A DNA stretch of 50,640 nucleotides, counting the filler, from Bipalium vagum (lineage: Eukaryota), in assembly GCA_037834085.1 (NCBI GenBank). It is 3 parts of 3 records of this genome, joined end to end, with 100 filler letters (N's around TTAATTAATTAA, not from the genome) between each part and the next. Parts side by side here need not be neighbours in the genome. Positions count along the whole stretch, not along the records: positions 1 to 17,459 come from JBBMKC010064795.1; positions 17,560 to 34,889 come from JBBMKC010070941.1; 1 more part is not named here. The stretch is one strand, 5' to 3'. The position numbers were made by a program, and so were the translations under genes. Of the stretch, positions 13,301-26,500 are shown piece after piece. Numbering within the stretch: the stretch's first letter is position 1; each line of letters starts with the position of its first letter. Below the pieces are notes generated by a model. It was not told the origin of the DNA. It saw only the letters and a program-made list of their open reading frames with translations, and did no database searches.

Positions 13301-14612
13301 GCTCAATCCGACACACACATTAATCGACGTAAAGCATCTATACCTATCCATCGAGTGGCTGGCGGCTCCGATCAGACGACCTGTGAAGAAGCTATATGAG
13401 TACGAAGTCTGACGTCAATACCAACGGAATTTCCAATAACCTCATTCAGTAAAAAATCAACTTCGTCCTTTATGATTCGATGAAACCTCCAGAATTTCCA
13501 TACGCCATACAATGCTCGAGCTATCTGGTGTTATGCTAATGATTTTTTTAAAAAAGAAATTATAAACGTTATAAACAATTTAATGTTGCAAATCGATATC
13601 TTCAAATATTTTTGACTCATCTGAGTTTTTGGACATTCAAGTTTATAATCGCTCAATTCGAATGAATTTTGGAAATAACTTGCAGTTTACAATAAGTTTC
13701 CAAAAGGATTTTAGGTATCTATTGTCAAAGTCTCAATAAGAAAATGACACACTTAAATTAATTTTTGATCGAATCATTTTACACGACTTCTGAAACTATG
13801 TTCTTGATCAAATTTTATTGAGAAAAGCATTGGGATATTTTCAATGCAAACTTATATGAATTTTTACCAGTTCATTATTTTTCATAAGACTAAAATTAAT
13901 GCAACCTCTTACACACTAACGAAAATATTATAATTATACACTGATATAAAATAATTAATAATCTCTTGTAAATGAAATGTATTAATAACAATAAAAAATA
14001 ATAATATTATTAAATTTAGGAATTTTTAAACCTAAAATTCATTTTTATTTAAATATTATTAATAGATTTATTCCTGGAAAACTGCGATCATCTGGACTTA
14101 AGAATTACAGACATTATAATATTATATATATTGTTATTTTTATAAAATTTATTTAAATAGGGAAAGATTAGATTTTAACAAAAAAACATATTTCTTTGTC
14201 CTATCAATGAGAGCTTAAAATGAATTCATGATACAGTCCACATTCAACTGACTTGTGATTTCGTGGTTTTTGGATTGTGTCAAGTTCACATCAAAATAAC
14301 TTTGAAGAGAACAAAGTTATAATAAAGTAGGACAATAAATATTCAATCTCACATAGAAATCTCCCCAACCCATTTTCATGGTTGAATACTTCAACCGAAT
14401 GAAAGGAATCAAGTCTATCCCCCATAGCAAACATTTAACGTCTGCCTCCGAATTCCGGATATGACAGTAATATGCACAGTAAAAGTCTATTTCATCTTGT
14501 CTGCTGAGAAAGTCCAAAATAAAAAAAATAATAAAGAGAAATATAGAATTTTACAGACGCACACTGAAAAAATTTTGGAAAGCTCCCATGACTAAAATGT
14601 TAATTGATTTAG

Positions 14613-14819
14613 TGGTAGCGGAAATATCTTCTGTTCTCTCAGAGCAAGCCGATCAGGAATGTCTGAAGCATATTATGCGTTTGACATGCCATGACAATTT
14701 TCTGATGTGTAGCGACGATAACAGACCGAGACGACTTTGTCAAGAAGATTGTGAGGATGTGACAAAGAAAAGATGTAATTACACATATAAGCTGATGCTG
14801 GAAAAGCTGAAAAAGAAAT
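14613..14819 (+). CDS. ror: Next exon of the ROR-type Frizzled CRD
   Basis: Acceptor tttag in phase 1 matches the previous exon. Translation (L)VAEISSVLSEQADQECLKHIMRLTCHDNFLMCSDDNRPRRLCQEDCEDVTKKRCNYTY resembles ROR C..LCHYAFPYC..PRDLCRDECE..C. Donor GTAAGT. Confidence 0.8.
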
Positions 14820-16465
14820 GTAAGTTCTATTGGTATTATTGATGGTTTTCTATGTTAATGGGATTGGTTTTTGAGAAGCCCTTTTTTGAATGACATGGCG
14901 AAAATTGATATCCATTTTGGTCCGGCTACAAATTTGGCGGCAAACGTGATTGATATTGATATTTCAATTTATTATTGTTTTTATACTACTTTCAAACCTT
15001 TTTAAAATATCATTTCATTCCTTTATTAATATTCATCATAAAGTCTTTAATTCTTCTTTTGGATCTCTGAATAAATATGTTGATTTGTTAATGATAATTT
15101 TGTTAAGAGATACTGAATGTGCTCTTAAGGATTAAAATATAATTTAAATTTTTTGAGACATGTTGCCATGTTGTTAGTTACTGTCACAGTATCAGTATTG
15201 TTTGAAGTCATCAAGTCAAAATTGAACGTAATATTTACTTAACGAAAATATTGGAATATTTCTGAAGTGTTCCATTTTAATATTGAAGTAGATTAATTAT
15301 CATAAAATGTTTTAATAAAATTTTTATTGAGATTAATTTCATCATTTATTTAAAAAATATGTAATTTTTTTTAATTATAAAAATTTGCTTGAGTTTAATA
15401 AAATAATAATAATAATAATTTTATAATTATGAATATATTTTAAATAAAATTTAAAATTATTTATTTTATTTATATTTAAATCTTTAATGTTATTTAACTG
15501 TTTTTAGATTATTTATAAATATTAATTTATTTATTATATATATTATTTTATTATATATTTTTTATTTAAAATACTATACATATTTTATTATTTTACTGAG
15601 AGGCATTCCTTTTGTCAAAAGTTTCATAAAACATTGTCTGAAATAGAGAAAAATAAAAATAATATTTATCCTATTTTTTATTGAGAAATATTTACCTTTG
15701 TTCAGCAAATATGATGTATCAAAAATAAAATTCCCATTAAAACAAGTATCTAAATTCCTAAAAAAATAATAGTTATTAGCAATATGAACATTGGGACTCA
15801 GTTGTTTATTTATTTTTCTTATTTATTTTTTCAAGAAATTTTAAATAATTTTCCTCATTTTTCATTAATATTTTTTATTGATTTTCCTATTAAACATTTT
15901 AAAATTTTTCATTATTTTCTCAATATTTCAAACTCTCGTTTCCATACTTCAAACATCTTTTGTTTTTCAATAAAACTAATTTTTTTCAGTTAAATTACCA
16001 AATTACGAGAGAAAAAATAATTCGTTTCTCTAATTAGTTTTTTTCTTTTTTTTCCAATTTTACTTTTTCAAGAGCTCTATATGTAAATATATTTGTTGAC
16101 TTTGGGATTGGAGTAAATGGAAATTGAGAGTGTGATAAGATAAAAAAGAGCGAGACACCCTCAGACAATTAAATCTGAAGAGGATAAACAGTCAAAATGA
16201 TGAATCAAAGTAAAAATTGTCGTAAGAACAATCTCTAGAAGCTGATAAGTGCAGAAGGAAAGACAGTTGATACTGTGTAGATACTGATTTTAACAAAAAA
16301 TAAATTGATAAGTCTCATTCGTTAAGATATCCTTTTAAACAATTATTAAATAAAAATATTTTTTGTTTAGTCAAAATGAGCATTAATTCCCTTTTATATG
16401 ATCGAAAATTCCGATAAAATCTTTTATGCTTATTTAGTCAATCTTGATATTCTCCTTTTAATATA

Positions 16466-16900
16466 TACAAAGTTTGCAAAAAGTATCCGATTTTAAAATG
16501 TAATGTTGTCGAATATACATAAGATAACACTGTGCGTTTTTGACACAGTGAAAAACATTAACATTTTTCAAGAGAAGATCCATTAGCACTAATGCAATGT
16601 TGAAATCGATGATAAAGTCATAAAGTGTTTACACATTTTTGATGATAATCTTCATTGATTGCATTTTTAAGCTTCTTTTGTTTTCCTGTATATAATTTTT
16701 CTTTAGATGTCCCTAAAGACAGAAATCCATTGTATGAAGTTTTTGGTTATGTCACAGCCAGTGTAATGAGTGATGATTAATTACAATGAGTAATTACATT
16801 TCATCAAGAACTTCATCCTGTTGAAAAATTAATTTCGATCTTGTTCTACGACAAATTATGTACTGATTTTAAAACTGCATGCATATTCTTCAGTATAAAT
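16466..16900 (-). mobile_element. Degenerate Tc1/mariner (WPPRSPDLTPxDFFLWG-type) 3' remnant
   Basis: WL*HNQKLHTMDFCL*GHLK near 16690-16765, plus a TIR-like TACAAAGTTTGCAAAAAGTATCCG near 16466. Confidence 0.4.
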
Positions 16901-17459
16901 AAAACTACGTGAATAAAATTGATTGAGAAACATTTTAAAATGTTTTTTGCTTTGTTCTTAAATGATATACACAAATCTTTTTACATAACTCGTATAAATA
17001 ATAATAATAAATAAATAATAATTTTACAATTGATTGATGAATAAGTCCATTAATCACATATTTTGTATTTATGCTCTTAATTCTCCTTTAATCATGAATG
17101 ATTTTCGAAGAAAATATAATGCTACTGTCTACATATCATTGTATGGGGTGACTTTCATTATTGGGCTAAGATAAAGAGACCAAATTTATAATACCGAAAT
17201 TCAAGTGGAATTCTAACTCGTCTTACTGATTGACTTAATATCCTGATATCACCAAGAAAACTTTGTTTTTCAACTTAAAAATTGCAGTTCTAAAAATAAT
17301 TATAAAAATTAAATATAAAATAATATTTTTCAATTTTAAGTGGTAAAATAAATTTTTGTAAAAAACTTTTATATACCGAAAGAAAATATTTATGAGAAGT
17401 GTAAATAATAAAATACTATCCATTAATAATATTATTGATTATTATTATTATTATTATTA

Positions 17460-17559
17460 NNNNNNNNNNNNNNNNNNNNNNNNNNNNNNNNNNNNNNNNN
17501 NNNTTAATTAATTAANNNNNNNNNNNNNNNNNNNNNNNNNNNNNNNNNNNNNNNNNNNN
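17460..17559. other. Artificial contig linker (44 N + TTAATTAATTAA + 44 N)
   Basis: Exactly 100 bp with a six-frame stop palindrome at 17504-17515. An identical copy lies at 34890-34989. Confidence 0.95.
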
Positions 17560-17984
17560 TGAATGTCGATTTGAACTTCATAGTGATGCCCCTGAACGCT
17601 GTCTTCGAAGATCAACTGAAAAATATGTAATGGAATCTATTTCCACCTCAAAAAACATGGCGCTGGGGGAATTATGGTTTGGGGAATATTCTCAGCATCT
17701 GGATTTGGTGAGCTTATACGATGTACTGGGTCAATTGATGAGTACCAAAGGATATTAGATATTGGATTGCTTCCAAGCATCGAGAAGTTATGCACAGAAA
17801 ATAAAAGACAATATGTTATTTTCCAACAGGACAATGCACCGGCGCACACAGAAAAAACAACAAAAGCATGGTTGAAGAAACAAGGTGTACCGGTTATGTT
17901 TTGGCCTGGATAATTGCCAGATCTTAAACCCTTTGAGAATATATGGGCATACATAAAGGCAAAACTAAAGGAAAATGTTCCATC
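17560..17984 (+). mobile_element. Tc1 (DD34E) transposase catalytic fragment, truncated by the contig start and by an insertion
   Basis: ECRFELHSD, KHGAGGIMVWGIFS, and FQQDNAPAHT..WPG*LPDLKPFENIW with 34 residues from D to E. Contains a frameshift and a stop. Confidence 0.92.
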
Positions 17985-18702
17985 ATAGGGGCAATAAAAT
18001 ATTTTGTTTTCAGTAACTTTATCTTGGCGTGGAGATAAAGTTAGAATTAATGGGCTATTATTAAGGAACTAACCATCTCAAAACGTAGAGATTGGTGATC
18101 GTAGACAAATCTCTACGACTATATAAAAAGACGGCTATTCTAGAAAGCGGTCCAGAAAAATAAAAAGATATTTATTTGATTTTAAAATGGGGTTTTATCA
18201 AGGATTTTTTTATGAAGATTTGCAGAAGACTTCAATTATTTCGACGAAGATTTTTGCCGAAGACAATTTCAATTTCAGTAATTTTATTTCAGTGCTGGGA
18301 CAATGCAAAAGCATTTGGGAGTTCCTAGGTGACCTGAAAAGAATCTAGAGGACGACCCGAGAACCAATTGTCGCTCCGGGTGAGACTATTTTTGGTTTTG
18401 TTTTTCTTTTTTAATCCTCATTTAAATTATATTGTATTTCTTTTGCTTTTTGATTTTAATTTTATATTATTCTATTTTGTTTAACTTCACATTTTCTTGT
18501 ATTAATTTGCGCAGATATTTGATCGATTTTGTTACAGTGATATTTCAGGCATTTGATTCTTTGATTTATTAGACTATTGATCGGGATTCTGTTTATGATT
18601 TGTACCATGATTGAATTTTATTAAAGTTTTACTGCGATTGTTTTGATTCAATTGAGTTTTTTAAAAAGGAGTCAGACCATAAGAGTTAGAAATATTACCA
18701 CA
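17985..18702 (+). mobile_element. Probable solo LTR (718 bp) inserted into the Tc1 copy
   Basis: Flanked by a 5-bp direct repeat CCATC (17980-17984 and 18703-18707) and ends in ...TACCACA. Internal TATATAAAA near 18120, GTGAGA donor at 18380, T-rich tract and ATTAAA. Removing it rejoins the Tc1 frame as KENVPSVKNL. The 5' TG is missing. Confidence 0.55.
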
Positions 18703-20398
18703 CCATCGGTCAAAAACCTAACAACACATTTAATAACGAAGGTTTGATAAATTAATTTTTCAAAATTTCTAATCAAAATATATTTCTGCACATTTTTTTA
18801 ACCAGACCAGTTTGACTTAAATTTATAGATTTTATTCGATACAGTTGCAGCATTTTGTTTTCAACCATTAATTTAATATTAAAGTAATATTACTTCTAAC
18901 TTTACTTTTGTATCTATATAGTAACTGTATGTTAACTAAATTTAACGAAAGTTGTCGCTATTAATGTCACTGCGCTCCAATAAAACGCTCCTTTAATTAA
19001 ATCACTCTGTAAGTCTTGATTCGAAAAAAAATTATAACATAAGAAATATTAAGTTACTATGACAAAAGACCTGCAGTGATATCAAAGTTCAACCTAATTT
19101 ATATATAAATAATTTGAAATATTTATAAATTATTTTTAAATTAATATTAATAAGACAAAATAAAATTAAAGTTTAGTAAATTCACATGGTATTTATTGAA
19201 TTTGTTTATTTTAATAGTAAATGAAAAATTCAATCAATCATTCTTCTTTCAAATCACAAGTAATTGATCAAAATTTAGAGAAAGATGGAATGGAATTATC
19301 TTTACAGACTTAATTTTATTAAATTTTGTAAACTATTCATTGGGAATTTTCTAAATGGGCTTGTATGTGTAAGTTTTTCCATTATTTAACTTTAAACTGG
19401 TTAAGTTTAAAAATTATTATAGTAGGCTAATTGATTTCTAAACTATGATTTGCCAAATACTTTATCAGGATTAAATTTTCTTATCTTTTTCTTGAAAATT
19501 CTACATATTCTAAATAATTGAGATATACTTGGCATGTGCAGAATAAATTTCTGTTTACATAATTGAAACATATTTGTCAAATGAAAATAATCATTTCTGT
19601 CATTGAGTTTGACATTTGGGCCTCAAATAATCAAAACTAAGGAAAATGTTTAATGTGGAATGGAAATTATATATAAATTTTATCAGATAACTCGTCTAAA
19701 ATTTTATTGATGGCAAGATAGAGTGCTTCCTTATAATTCTATTAAAAACGGATAATGTAATTGAAGACATTACATTATTCATTATGGAAATATGAAATAT
19801 TTAAACAGCTGTCACAATTTTATTAATTGGTGTAAATATCATATTTGATGAAAATTTCAACCAGAAAATAATATATTTGTGGGAAATGAATAAAATTTTC
19901 CCAATACTTACCTGCATTCACGATGTTTAAATAGATTTTATATGCACACAGTATTACTATTCAACGAGTTTCTTGATCTTACAAAAAATTATCATTATTT
20001 CAATATTCTTCATTAACTTTTCCAAATCTTTGGTTCGCTTTTGAACTGAAATTTTATACGAAAACCTAAATAACTATTAAATAAACTAAGGTATATTACC
20101 ATTAAAGTTTTTTTCAACAAAAGCTTAATTTATTAATTAATTATTAATTTATTAATTCACAAAAATTATTTTACTAAATAATGAAATATTCTTTTATTAA
20201 TTGCTTAATGATGAAGCAAATCCAAATCTTTGTCTTTAAATAAATCGAGAATGAAAACAAGTTTGAAAACAGTCCATTTATGCATCACAATGGTTTTTGG
20301 TTGGTTGAACGAAATTCGAAGATTTGATTCGTTACAACAATTTATTATTGAAATTAAACGGACTTTATCCATCGATTTGTACAATTTCATTTGTATTA

Positions 20399-20552
20399 AT
20401 GGTATCAAAACATTTAATCCCTTTTGGATATAGTTTGACAACTTTCCTGATTCTATTGCTTGGAGATTATTTATTTGCTGCTCATGATCTTTACAATCGT
20501 GAATCATTGGAACTTAAAGAAAATTACCGATATTTAGATCCTTGTAAAGCAA
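20399..20552 (+). CDS. tld: Tolloid exon 1: signal peptide and start of prodomain
   Basis: [30 protein letters not shown]...YRYLDPCKA (BMP1 has YKDPCKA). Donor GTATGG, phase 1. The start codon is inferred. Confidence 0.8.
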
Positions 20553-23500
20553 GTATGGTCATAAATTGTTTCTTTTAAATCGTTGTTATAGTAGAGATTA
20601 GTAATATTTTGCATAACTTTAAAATGATGTTTTATTTAAATTATTTTTAAAAATGCTTTCTTAAATTTTCATTCCAGTGAAAATTTGTCTGGTTAATTAA
20701 TTTTTAAACATTACTATTAAAAACGAAATAATTGGAATTCAATGTTTTTGATGAAAAATCATCGTCTGCAGATTCAATCAATTCACGTAACTCACCAACA
20801 GTATTTTACAACATTTATGAATATCATCATGTAAATGTATTTTTAATTAAATTTGATAAAAAAAATAAGAAATTGTATTTTTAATAATTCGCTAATCTAT
20901 GTTTTAAGTATTAATCTATTAATGGCAACATATTTTTAAGTATTATTTACTTGTGACTCCTTTTAGATACTGATATTCTAATAATAAAATTGTCATTTTT
21001 TATTGCTATTTTACCAATTTTGTTGGCCTCTAAATAAATAATTTATAAGAAAAATACGTTCGCTTATAAAAATATATTTTACTTAAAAAAGAACATTAAT
21101 TTATGAAACAGAAAATTCTAACAAGTTAGAAATCATTGATCTTTACCGACTTCTAATTATTAAATAACTTTCCAGTAGGTAAATTCTTATTAAGAATTAA
21201 TTTTAAACATGATCAAAATTACGGATGCTTTTTGAATATCTTAAATCAAAATAGATTAAATCAAAATATAAATATCAAATCCATACAAAATTGAGTGCAA
21301 TAAAAATTATTATTTAATGTTTTTAATAAATATGTTTAATTCACCATTTTGCATTATTATATTGAAATTGAAGAATTTTATTTTCCTTATCGTGAATATT
21401 CGTTTTGACATGCAAACAAAGTATTTTGACATTGTTTATTGCTAATATGGCTTATGATATTAAGTATTTAATATTTCAATAAATGTTTACGTATGAAATT
21501 TGGTAATTATAAACAATTTTTCATTAGTTACTTAATGTAGATCGATTTTCTAAAAAGTGCATAAAAATTCGTTGGATTAGTATTTATAAAATGAAAATTT
21601 TAAATAATGAAAATATTTTAATATCATAAGACTTATTTAAAATATAATCATTGCATTTCAGTAATATCACACGTTAATATCTTAAAATGATAGTTTATTT
21701 AAGTTTTTAATTAAAATTACTTGGAAAATAGAAAATCAAGTAAAGTTTAATTGATAATTGTTTAAAATCAAGGTTGATAATGGTGACAATTATTAATTTT
21801 TAAGATTAGCTTGGAAATAGAAAATTAACTACTTACTCCATGTCATGATAAAGTGGATTTTATAAATGACTTTAGCTTAATGGATTGTTTTAAAAAAATA
21901 TTTTTGCTTATTTTATTGCTAATCTGTTGAATTTAGAAAAGTCAAATCTTTCGGAGGATCAAAAGGTTTTATTATTTCTGAATTATGAAAGGTTGTTAAA
22001 GTATTACTTAATTAGAATTATAAAGATTGATAATTAATATCAATATGAATCAAATTTATTTAATAAAATAGTAAATGTAGTCTACAATAAAATATAAAAT
22101 CAGAAATAATTTTTTTCAGGCTTATTAAAGATTACAAGATTTATGTGAATATAAACAAACCTTAATATTCTACAAGATTATATGTGATCTATTACTGGTA
22201 TCATAGTTATAGTATTAATTTTCAACTTTAGTTTTATCAGAACTCTAAATTCAATATTTTTTATAATAATCACCTATAGATCAATAAAGACAAGTCAAGT
22301 AAAAAATAAAACGTAGATAGTTTATAGGAATTTTTGTACGAAATATATATGGACTAATTGAAATATTTTTTATTTAGCTAAATGAGTGACCTGAATTCGA
22401 GCCATATTGATCAAGGTTTTTGTAAATCTGAACAGATTAATATTTAATTATCATCGATTAAAGATTTAACATATACTTTTAAAAATAAAAGCACATTTTT
22501 GTTAGGGAGTTTTGATGTGCTAAATTATTCAATATAATTTTATTTTATTCATGAGTTTTGAACAAATAGACGGTTTTATAATAAGGAATATATTATGTTA
22601 TGAATTGTAAATTGTAATTGCTTTAAAGTTAAGTTAAATAGTGTATATTTTGATTATTCAAGGTTTTTATTATTAATTAACTGGGTTTCTCTATTAAGCG
22701 AAGTTTATCAAAATATTACACTATCCTGTTATACAATCAGTAAAGTATTTACTGATTGTACAAAGTAAAATAAAAATAATTCGTAAAACAAAGAATTTAT
22801 TTCTAAAAGAAATCTTCCAGTGTACTGTCTTTTCTTCTTGTAGGCCTGCAGTTGTACGAAATCAGCACATATTAGCCGTAGATATTGAGCTTCCGCTATT
22901 GCCTTGCATAAAATAACGCCGTAATCTGGTTATAAATTTACTTGCAATTGGTTAGTTACATGAATAATTAGATATTCTAAACTACCGTCACTGTTGTTTG
23001 TTTTGAATTCATATCCCCAAGTATTGTATCTAAACAATCTTCATTCTCAGCATGACATTGTAAATACTCATTGATTGCGAAAAATTCTAAATGATTAAAT
23101 GAACTTTGGTATTTTTCCATTTCCTTGCACTTATGATATCAGAATTTTCTTTTACACCATATGCTTTTTTAAATTTGATATTATGTCTTACCATCAATTG
23201 CTTTTAAACTTTGGTGGGCCAATTTTTTAAAAAATCTCTTTTAACTTAACTTTTAATATATAGCCGCTAATATTCTCCCCTACTCTGGTAACTGCATGAA
23301 ACAATTTACTTAATGCCTCTTCCACGACGGGATTCTTTCCTGCTGATTTTCTTTTGTATACGTGTGCATTTTCCTCAGGTATCTCAAATTTTTCACGCAA
23401 CCTATTTTCTTGTGATAAAAGACGCGATATTGTTGATTTCGAAACATCAGTCAACCGATTAAGTTGCTGAAGATTATCTGGTTGCTTTTTATTTTTACTA

Positions 23501-26500
23501 ATTTGTTTCTGAAGAGTCAAATTATTTCTTGGCATATTAAAAAATTAAGTAAACACTAAAAATGATATTATTTAAACGAAAACCATATTTTTTTCCAATT
23601 AACCGAAATTTTGTTCATATTAAATTAATAAGTTAGTTATTTCTTTTTTGTTCTTCAAGAGTTGTCCCAATTAAGCGGAATCTACTATAAATAAAATCTC
23701 TGTCTAAGGATAAATAAAGTTTATAGTTAAATGTTACAATAATGGGATAAATTCAAATTAAATAATTATATTACCCCTCCATCTCTCACAAATTAGTCAT
23801 TTTCTTTTGTAAATTAGCTATTATGCTATATTTTCGGTTTTCGGAATCTGTAGCCAGAGTAAATCAAGTTTATGTTGAAAAATGTTATCGCGATGAAACA
23901 ATTAAAAATTGATTAAAAAATTCATTTATATTTATTAAAAGGTAAAATTTCCTCATTTCAATTATTTAAGATAACTTCTGATCACTGATTTCTATTTACT
24001 TAACAAGGACGTATTCGAAAAATTCTAATCGCTTTTTTTTAAGTAAGTAATCAATATTATAAATTAAATAGTTTAATACTGAAGTATTTACCTGTTGATG
24101 TATTAACAGATGTAATTTTATTTTTATGTACTTAAGCTTTTTATGTAACCACTTCATCTGTTACTAGAAGACATTTTTTATGGACCAGCCTAAATTGTTC
24201 AGCTACAAGAATTCTTTGTGCGCTACTACTGTGGATTTGAGTTGCATTTGAAACATCGGAGATGCTACTAGACCGGCGTGTACGAATTTTTGCTGAAACC
24301 GCTCTTTAATATTTTCAATATAATGTCTTCCTATCCAACATACCACGTTCAATTAACTGATCCCACAATTTTCTGACATAGTTTTTGTGGACATTGAAAG
24401 ATTGGCATAAATCTTCGAACGTAGCATATTCATGTTCTACTTTTCCCATTTTGACAAACAACCTTTCATAATTCAGAAATTTTGGTTCTCCAAAAAATTT
24501 GAAATTCAAAAGATTAGCAATGAAATAAAAAAATTAATTATTTAAAACAATCAATTACCGTAAAAATATTAATTTATTTAATCTACTTTTCATGGCATGG
24601 GGTAAGGTAACATTTTTCTTGTGCATTTTCACAAATGAGTTTATTTAATAAAATGATTTCTTTCCTGTATTCAAGTGAAATACTCTAAATATAATTTCAA
24701 ATTGATTTATTTTTATTCCTCAATAAAATAAATGTCAAAATAGTGATCGTTGGATACAGACGCATGTATCTTACTATTACATTTCTTAGTAATTAAAGGA
24801 AATGACTAGCAGTATCTCTGTGTGTCAAGGACAGATATGACAAACTCTGGATCTGTGACTTGTGAATAGTTTTTTCTTTAATGTATTCCATTTATTTAAT
24901 TTTTTAGGTATTGTTTTTAAACTTGAGCTACGAGGCCATATTCCTTAATACATTAACTTAATTTACATATAATATTCATGAATAAAAAGCAAGCGGCTTA
25001 CATTATCAGGAAAAATTATTATATATCTACAGATTATATAAAGTAGTGTCATAATAAATCAAATTTAGACCAATTATATAATTAAGATTTATAATAAATT
25101 TTATCCTCATAATTAATGAATTTTAAAGTCACCATAATATAATTATATTTTATAAAATAATGCAAAGGGAATCCATGTAGAATTTACAAGAATAAAATTT
25201 AAATGTCAACAAGTTTCACAATTCTTTATAAAAACAAATTTCGCTAATGTACATTTTAATGGAATTTGAAATTGTAATAAATTAATGGCTAAATTAAATT
25301 GATTTTATTGACATTAAATGTTATATATAAAAACATTTTACAGAATGAAATCCTCTTAGGCAAAGCGTTACCAGCTTTTGCATTTCAGGATATGCAAACA
25401 ACCATAATGTTTCAGTATAATGATTTATTAGTCTCTATGAAAGCCAAATTATCGAATTTTGGAAATTAATGTTTTTTGTTAATACTTTTAATCTGTTTTA
25501 TACGATTAGAAATTCGATAATGTCTTAACTTGCATTTGTAATTATTATTCATTTATTCCAATAGTAGAATTAAAATCGTCAAATATTATTGACCATAAAA
25601 TTAATCAATTATCTCATAAATAGAAATTAAAACAAAAGAAATTAGAAAATTTTATTTAAAAATTAAATTTCTACACATTAATTTGTACGTATAATATTTA
25701 TAAATTAAGCTTTAATTTGTGAAATATAAGCAAAAGTCGTCAAAATTTAGGGGGTGAACTTACTTAATTCGCCTACTGTATTTTAATATTTTTAGTTTGG
25801 TTTTTAATTTAGTTTTAGTTTAATATTTTTTCCTGTTCGTTAGTTTAAAAGATTTAATATATTAATACAAATTTATTAGATTCTTCAAAAAATATTAACA
25901 TACAATATACTTTAGAGTGAAGGATTTTTCAAATCTGTAAAGATTGGTTGAATTTCATTATTTTGGAGCTCCTTTAGAACCCACAGAAATTTTCTTTTAT
26001 TGAATGAGTGGACTTAAAGAGTACACAAAATGAAAATTTTGGTTGAGAAATTAAAAAATATAAAAGAAGTTCATAGTGGATTAGTATTCATGATAAATAA
26101 TGTTGCATGTTAGACCATAAAATTAAAGAAAAGGTGGAGTTTTGTGATTAAATGGGTTGATGAATTATCTTTCATTTAATTGTTTTAATTATGGACGATT
26201 TTCTTATTGATTATCGCGGACCACTCAATATTAACAATAATTGTTAAGTCTTATTTATTCGAAGGAATTTTTGTTATGAAATATCACTGTCGACATAAAC
26301 TTTGTTTTGGGTTGAAATTAATGTGGTATTTATGCATTATCATACCAAATAATTTTTTTATTTTTGTTTCTTCACAATAATTTATATTTTAAGACAGAAT
26401 TACCACAAGAAACATATCAACGTCTTGAAAATATTTTTGAAAAAGAGTTTAAATTGAAATAATGCAAGCGAAATTTTATATTATTGTTTATTTTATTCTT

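Noticed and set aside
14317-14517. Minus-strand ORF with faint piggyBac-like IPF..K..WG wording
   Set aside because: Similarity is too weak by eye, and no catalytic D context or TTAA ends were found.
17504-17515. TTAATTAATTAA as a piggyBac target site or biological palindrome
   Set aside because: It is centred in symmetric 44-N runs and occurs twice identically, so it is a synthetic linker.
19285-19368. Possible upstream tolloid coding exon MEWNYLYRL..LVC with a GTAAGT donor
   Set aside because: The phase-0 donor does not fit the phase-2 acceptor at 20433, there is no homology, and a good in-frame ATG exists at 20399.
25750-25780. Lone Tc1-like TIR (revcomp TACAGTAGGCGAATTAAGTAAGTTCACCCC), and a similar TIR-like start at 34782
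   Set aside because: No partner TIR or transposase could be tied to either, so they are not called as elements.
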